A stretch of DNA of 62,415 nt, the filler included, from Choristocarpus tenellus KU-1152 (lineage: Eukaryota > Protista > Phaeophyceae), in assembly GCA_964200185.2 (NCBI GenBank). It is 12 parts of 12 records of this genome, joined end to end, with 100 filler letters (N's around TTAATTAATTAA, not from the genome) between each part and the next. Parts side by side here need not be neighbours in the genome. Positions count along the whole stretch, not along the records: positions 52,139 to 62,415 come from CAXNAD020003021.1; 11 more parts are not named here. One strand, given 5' to 3'. This document shows positions 59,800-62,415 of this stretch, one piece after another. Both the position numbers and the translations under genes were made by a program. The notes below the pieces were generated by a model that was not told where the DNA came from, made no database searches, and saw only the letters and a program-made list of their open reading frames with translations. Numbering within the stretch: the first letter of the stretch is position 1; each line of letters starts with the position of its first letter.

Positions 59800-62415
59800 T
59801 ATACCCACTGCCTGGGTGCGTTGACAAGTGAAAGACCAGTCAACCAAGAATGCTCCTACAAGGAACTTCTCTAGGACAGCTTCATTGTGAACGATATCTG
59901 GATGGCCGAAGAGGCTTACCATGCACTTACTGTTGCTCTTGTCACACTCACCACCAGGGCTCTGTGCTATATGCATCAAAGTCCGAGTGAGCTTTTCCGA
60001 GCAATAGGTGATTGGTTCATGCCTAATACAGTAGATTGTAGAGCGAAAGTATCTAGAGGGTACGAGTTTTGCCCTGTTTGTCCGTTTGGGGCTTGGCTTT
60101 CCCACGGTTTTTCTATGACATTTTCCTACTCTGAAGTGTTTTGGAGTAGGTAAAATGTGTATGTTATGAAAAGTTGAGTTAGGAATATGGATATTGACAC
60201 TTCCTAACAAACACGATATAGACAGAAGTACATCAAAATTGCAACATTGGATTTTGGCTCCCAAACGGACACAGCTCTACCCTCTGAGATACTTTGACTC
60301 ATAGCCAACATTTGTTCGGTGAGTTTTTCTCTTCGAAGTTGGAGAAGGGGGCGAATCCGATCCTGATCTTAAACCACTTGGAAGAGCTACGGAGGAGGAT
60401 GCTATCAATGGACCGCGTCATCTCAGACAAGCTACTGCTCCTATAGTTTCTGAGCGCTCTCAGATCGGATTACGATACCAAGATACGCATGATGGCCTTG
60501 CGAGGACACTATGTAGAGTAGAGGTAGAGAAAACTGCTAGAGAGCGATATGCTTCCCTTCATGAGGGGAAGGACTCAAGACACAAGTACAGGCACGCTTT
60601 GGTTAGCTCATCACATGGGAAAGAAGATTCAGTCTCAACGTAACGACCAAGGTTGTGGGGTCAAATGTAAATTTCATGGTGGAAGAAACAAAAATGGTTC
60701 TGATTCCAACCCTAAAAGTTCCGAGAAGATACCTTGTGAGAGGTGTGGTAAGAATAGACACAAGAAGGGAGCTTCCCCAAGCTGCATTTGCACCAAGCAT
60801 AGTGGACGTGCGCATGATCCTACAACATGTACTTTGGTGTTCATGACTACAGTAGAGTCTGGGAGAGAAAAGAATGAGACCGAGGCGAAACCTTCTCACA
60901 TTACTGTGGAAAGTGCGACCAGCTGCAACGACAACGAGTGGTATGCGCTACTGGCCACCACTGAGGACTCTCCGAGCAGCAATGCTCCAGGCAAGTGTGG
61001 GGAAAACGAATGTTTGGTGTCAAGTGTTGGGGTTGGCCGCGAGAAAGAATAGTGGGTTTTCGACAGTGCGGATTCATGTCACATGACAAACATAATAGCA
61101 TACATGACAAACTACAAGCCTTGTGTAGGGGATTGATAGGTAGTCACTGCCAGTCAAAATTCCTTTCACATCGCTGGTCATGGTAGAGATACTCCTCCAA
61201 AATGTCGTCCATGTCCCAGATCTTGACTTCAATATTTTTTCTTGCCAAGCAGCAGCTGATATGGATGCGAAATGCACTTGCACAGCCAGCACATTTTCGT
61301 TACTAGATGGCAAACTTATCTTCCCAACAGATCCTGGTTGTCATTATACCCTCCATAGTCAACGCATATTGCCGCTACCAGGTCGAATTGCTGAAGTTGC
61401 TTTGAAGGCCACCACAGTCCCCTCGCTTGCACCTCACGCTCCCCACACTGAGATCAACATTGACCTCTTCCATCGCTCTTCTGGCCACGCACATGAGGCA
61501 TTGCTGAAGTCTACCGCCACTTCAATGGGCATTACATTGGTGGGTGAGCTGGAGCCATGTGCGGGCTGCTCTATGAGCAAGGGCATACGGAAGGACGTCC
61601 AGTCCAGCACGTCTACAAGGGTGGTAAGAAAGCTGGATCGGGTTTTTGTCGATCTAAGTGGGAAGAGGGCTACCCTTTCAATCGGTGGTAAACAATACAC
61701 CATGATAATCCGGGATGACTATTTTCGTTTTGTTTGGTTGTATTTCCTTCGTGCTAAGTCGGATGCCTCTGAAGCCTCCAAGAAGTACCTGGCCAATATC
61801 TGGGCTGATGGTACTCCCTCTCAGGTCATGTGTGTGCGGTCTGATAATGGGAGGAAATTTCATGAGGGTGTTTTCGGCGCTCTTTGCCGTGATCATGGGA
61901 TAAAACAGGAGTTTACACCTGCAGACAGCCCTCAATTTAATGGGGTTGCTGAACGCATGCTGGGTATTATTGATGAAGCTTCATTAGCTCCCCGCATTCA
62001 GGCTCCACTACGTTCCCCTCATGTTACTATCCCCAAGACAGACTCTCTATATGGGCTGAAGCTCAACACTATGTCTGTGACTCGTTCAATCGCACATCGA
62101 CCACTGCTAACCCTGGTTGTAATTCACCATGTGAAATGTGGTATGGCACCCCTGCACCCCTGTTGACCCACCAATTTCTTCAATCTGGTTTTTGCCGTCT
62201 TAGTAAAACCCGTAAGACTTTCCAAAGGCTCAACGGTGTTTTTATCTGGGGCCAGGGATCAATCACACCCCTGTGATGCGTACCGTGTTCTTACTTTGAC
62301 CGGTGCCATAGTTACTACACGTAACCTGACCTGGCTGTCTTCTAAGGACCCCAGTCTTGCCCCAGTAGGAGAGGTTGCCCCTGCTTTGCGAAAGGGGGGG
62401 GGGGGGGGCTTGATG
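59800..62415 (+). mobile_element. Degenerate Ty1/copia retrotransposon (gag, protease, GAG-pre-integrase, integrase), cut by window end
   Basis: UBN2-like gag (SPSELFRAI..FLSALRSDY), Zn-knuckle CERCGKNRH, protease E*WVFDSADSCHMT, LQNVVHVPDL, HRSSGH..CAGCSMSK, and rve motifs RVFVDLSG, VRSDNG and TPADSPQFNGVAER. Integrase follows protease directly (copia order). Stops and frameshifts present. Confidence 0.93.
60041..60300 (+). mobile_element. MITE family B inserted in the copia gag
   Basis: gta|GAGCGAAAGTATCT...AGATACTTTGACTC|ata. Confidence 0.92.

Noticed and set aside
59743-60264. Recurring similar ORFs (MGAKIQCC..KPSPKWTNRAKLVP, also at 32416, 33413 and 53367) as a protein family
   Set aside because: These are translations of non-coding MITE family B; frames are not conserved between copies.

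Overview
This is a eukaryotic nuclear draft assembly, not a contiguous locus. Twelve short contigs are joined by eleven artificial 100-nt spacers (N44-TTAATTAATTAA-N44). An LHCX gene with a signal peptide and ASA-F-type plastid-targeting motif, together with intron-rich genes, points to a photosynthetic stramenopile (ochrophyte, probably a brown alga or close relative; inference). I spliced the genes by eye: a 12-exon internal part of TRRAP/Tra1, three eIF3a exons, a complete 3-exon LHCX, a tRNA-Ser(CGA), an intron-containing bactofilin-domain gene, and a head-to-head pair consisting of a C2orf81/DUF4639-like gene and a WW-domain gene carrying a repeat I do not recognise. The rest is dense in transposons. 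Three MITE families (about 20 copies or ends) share a G-N4-AAAGTA terminus and a 3-bp target duplication. There are also a fold-back MITE, solo LTRs, a deleted chromodomain gypsy element with an internal inversion, a decayed copia, and decayed mariner, hAT and LINE pieces. The best leads are the spliced bactofilin, the WW/repeat and C2orf81-like pair, the shared-end MITE system, and an apparently high GC-AG intron frequency. No prokaryotic-type system such as CRISPR is present. All family assignments come from motif recognition, not database searches.
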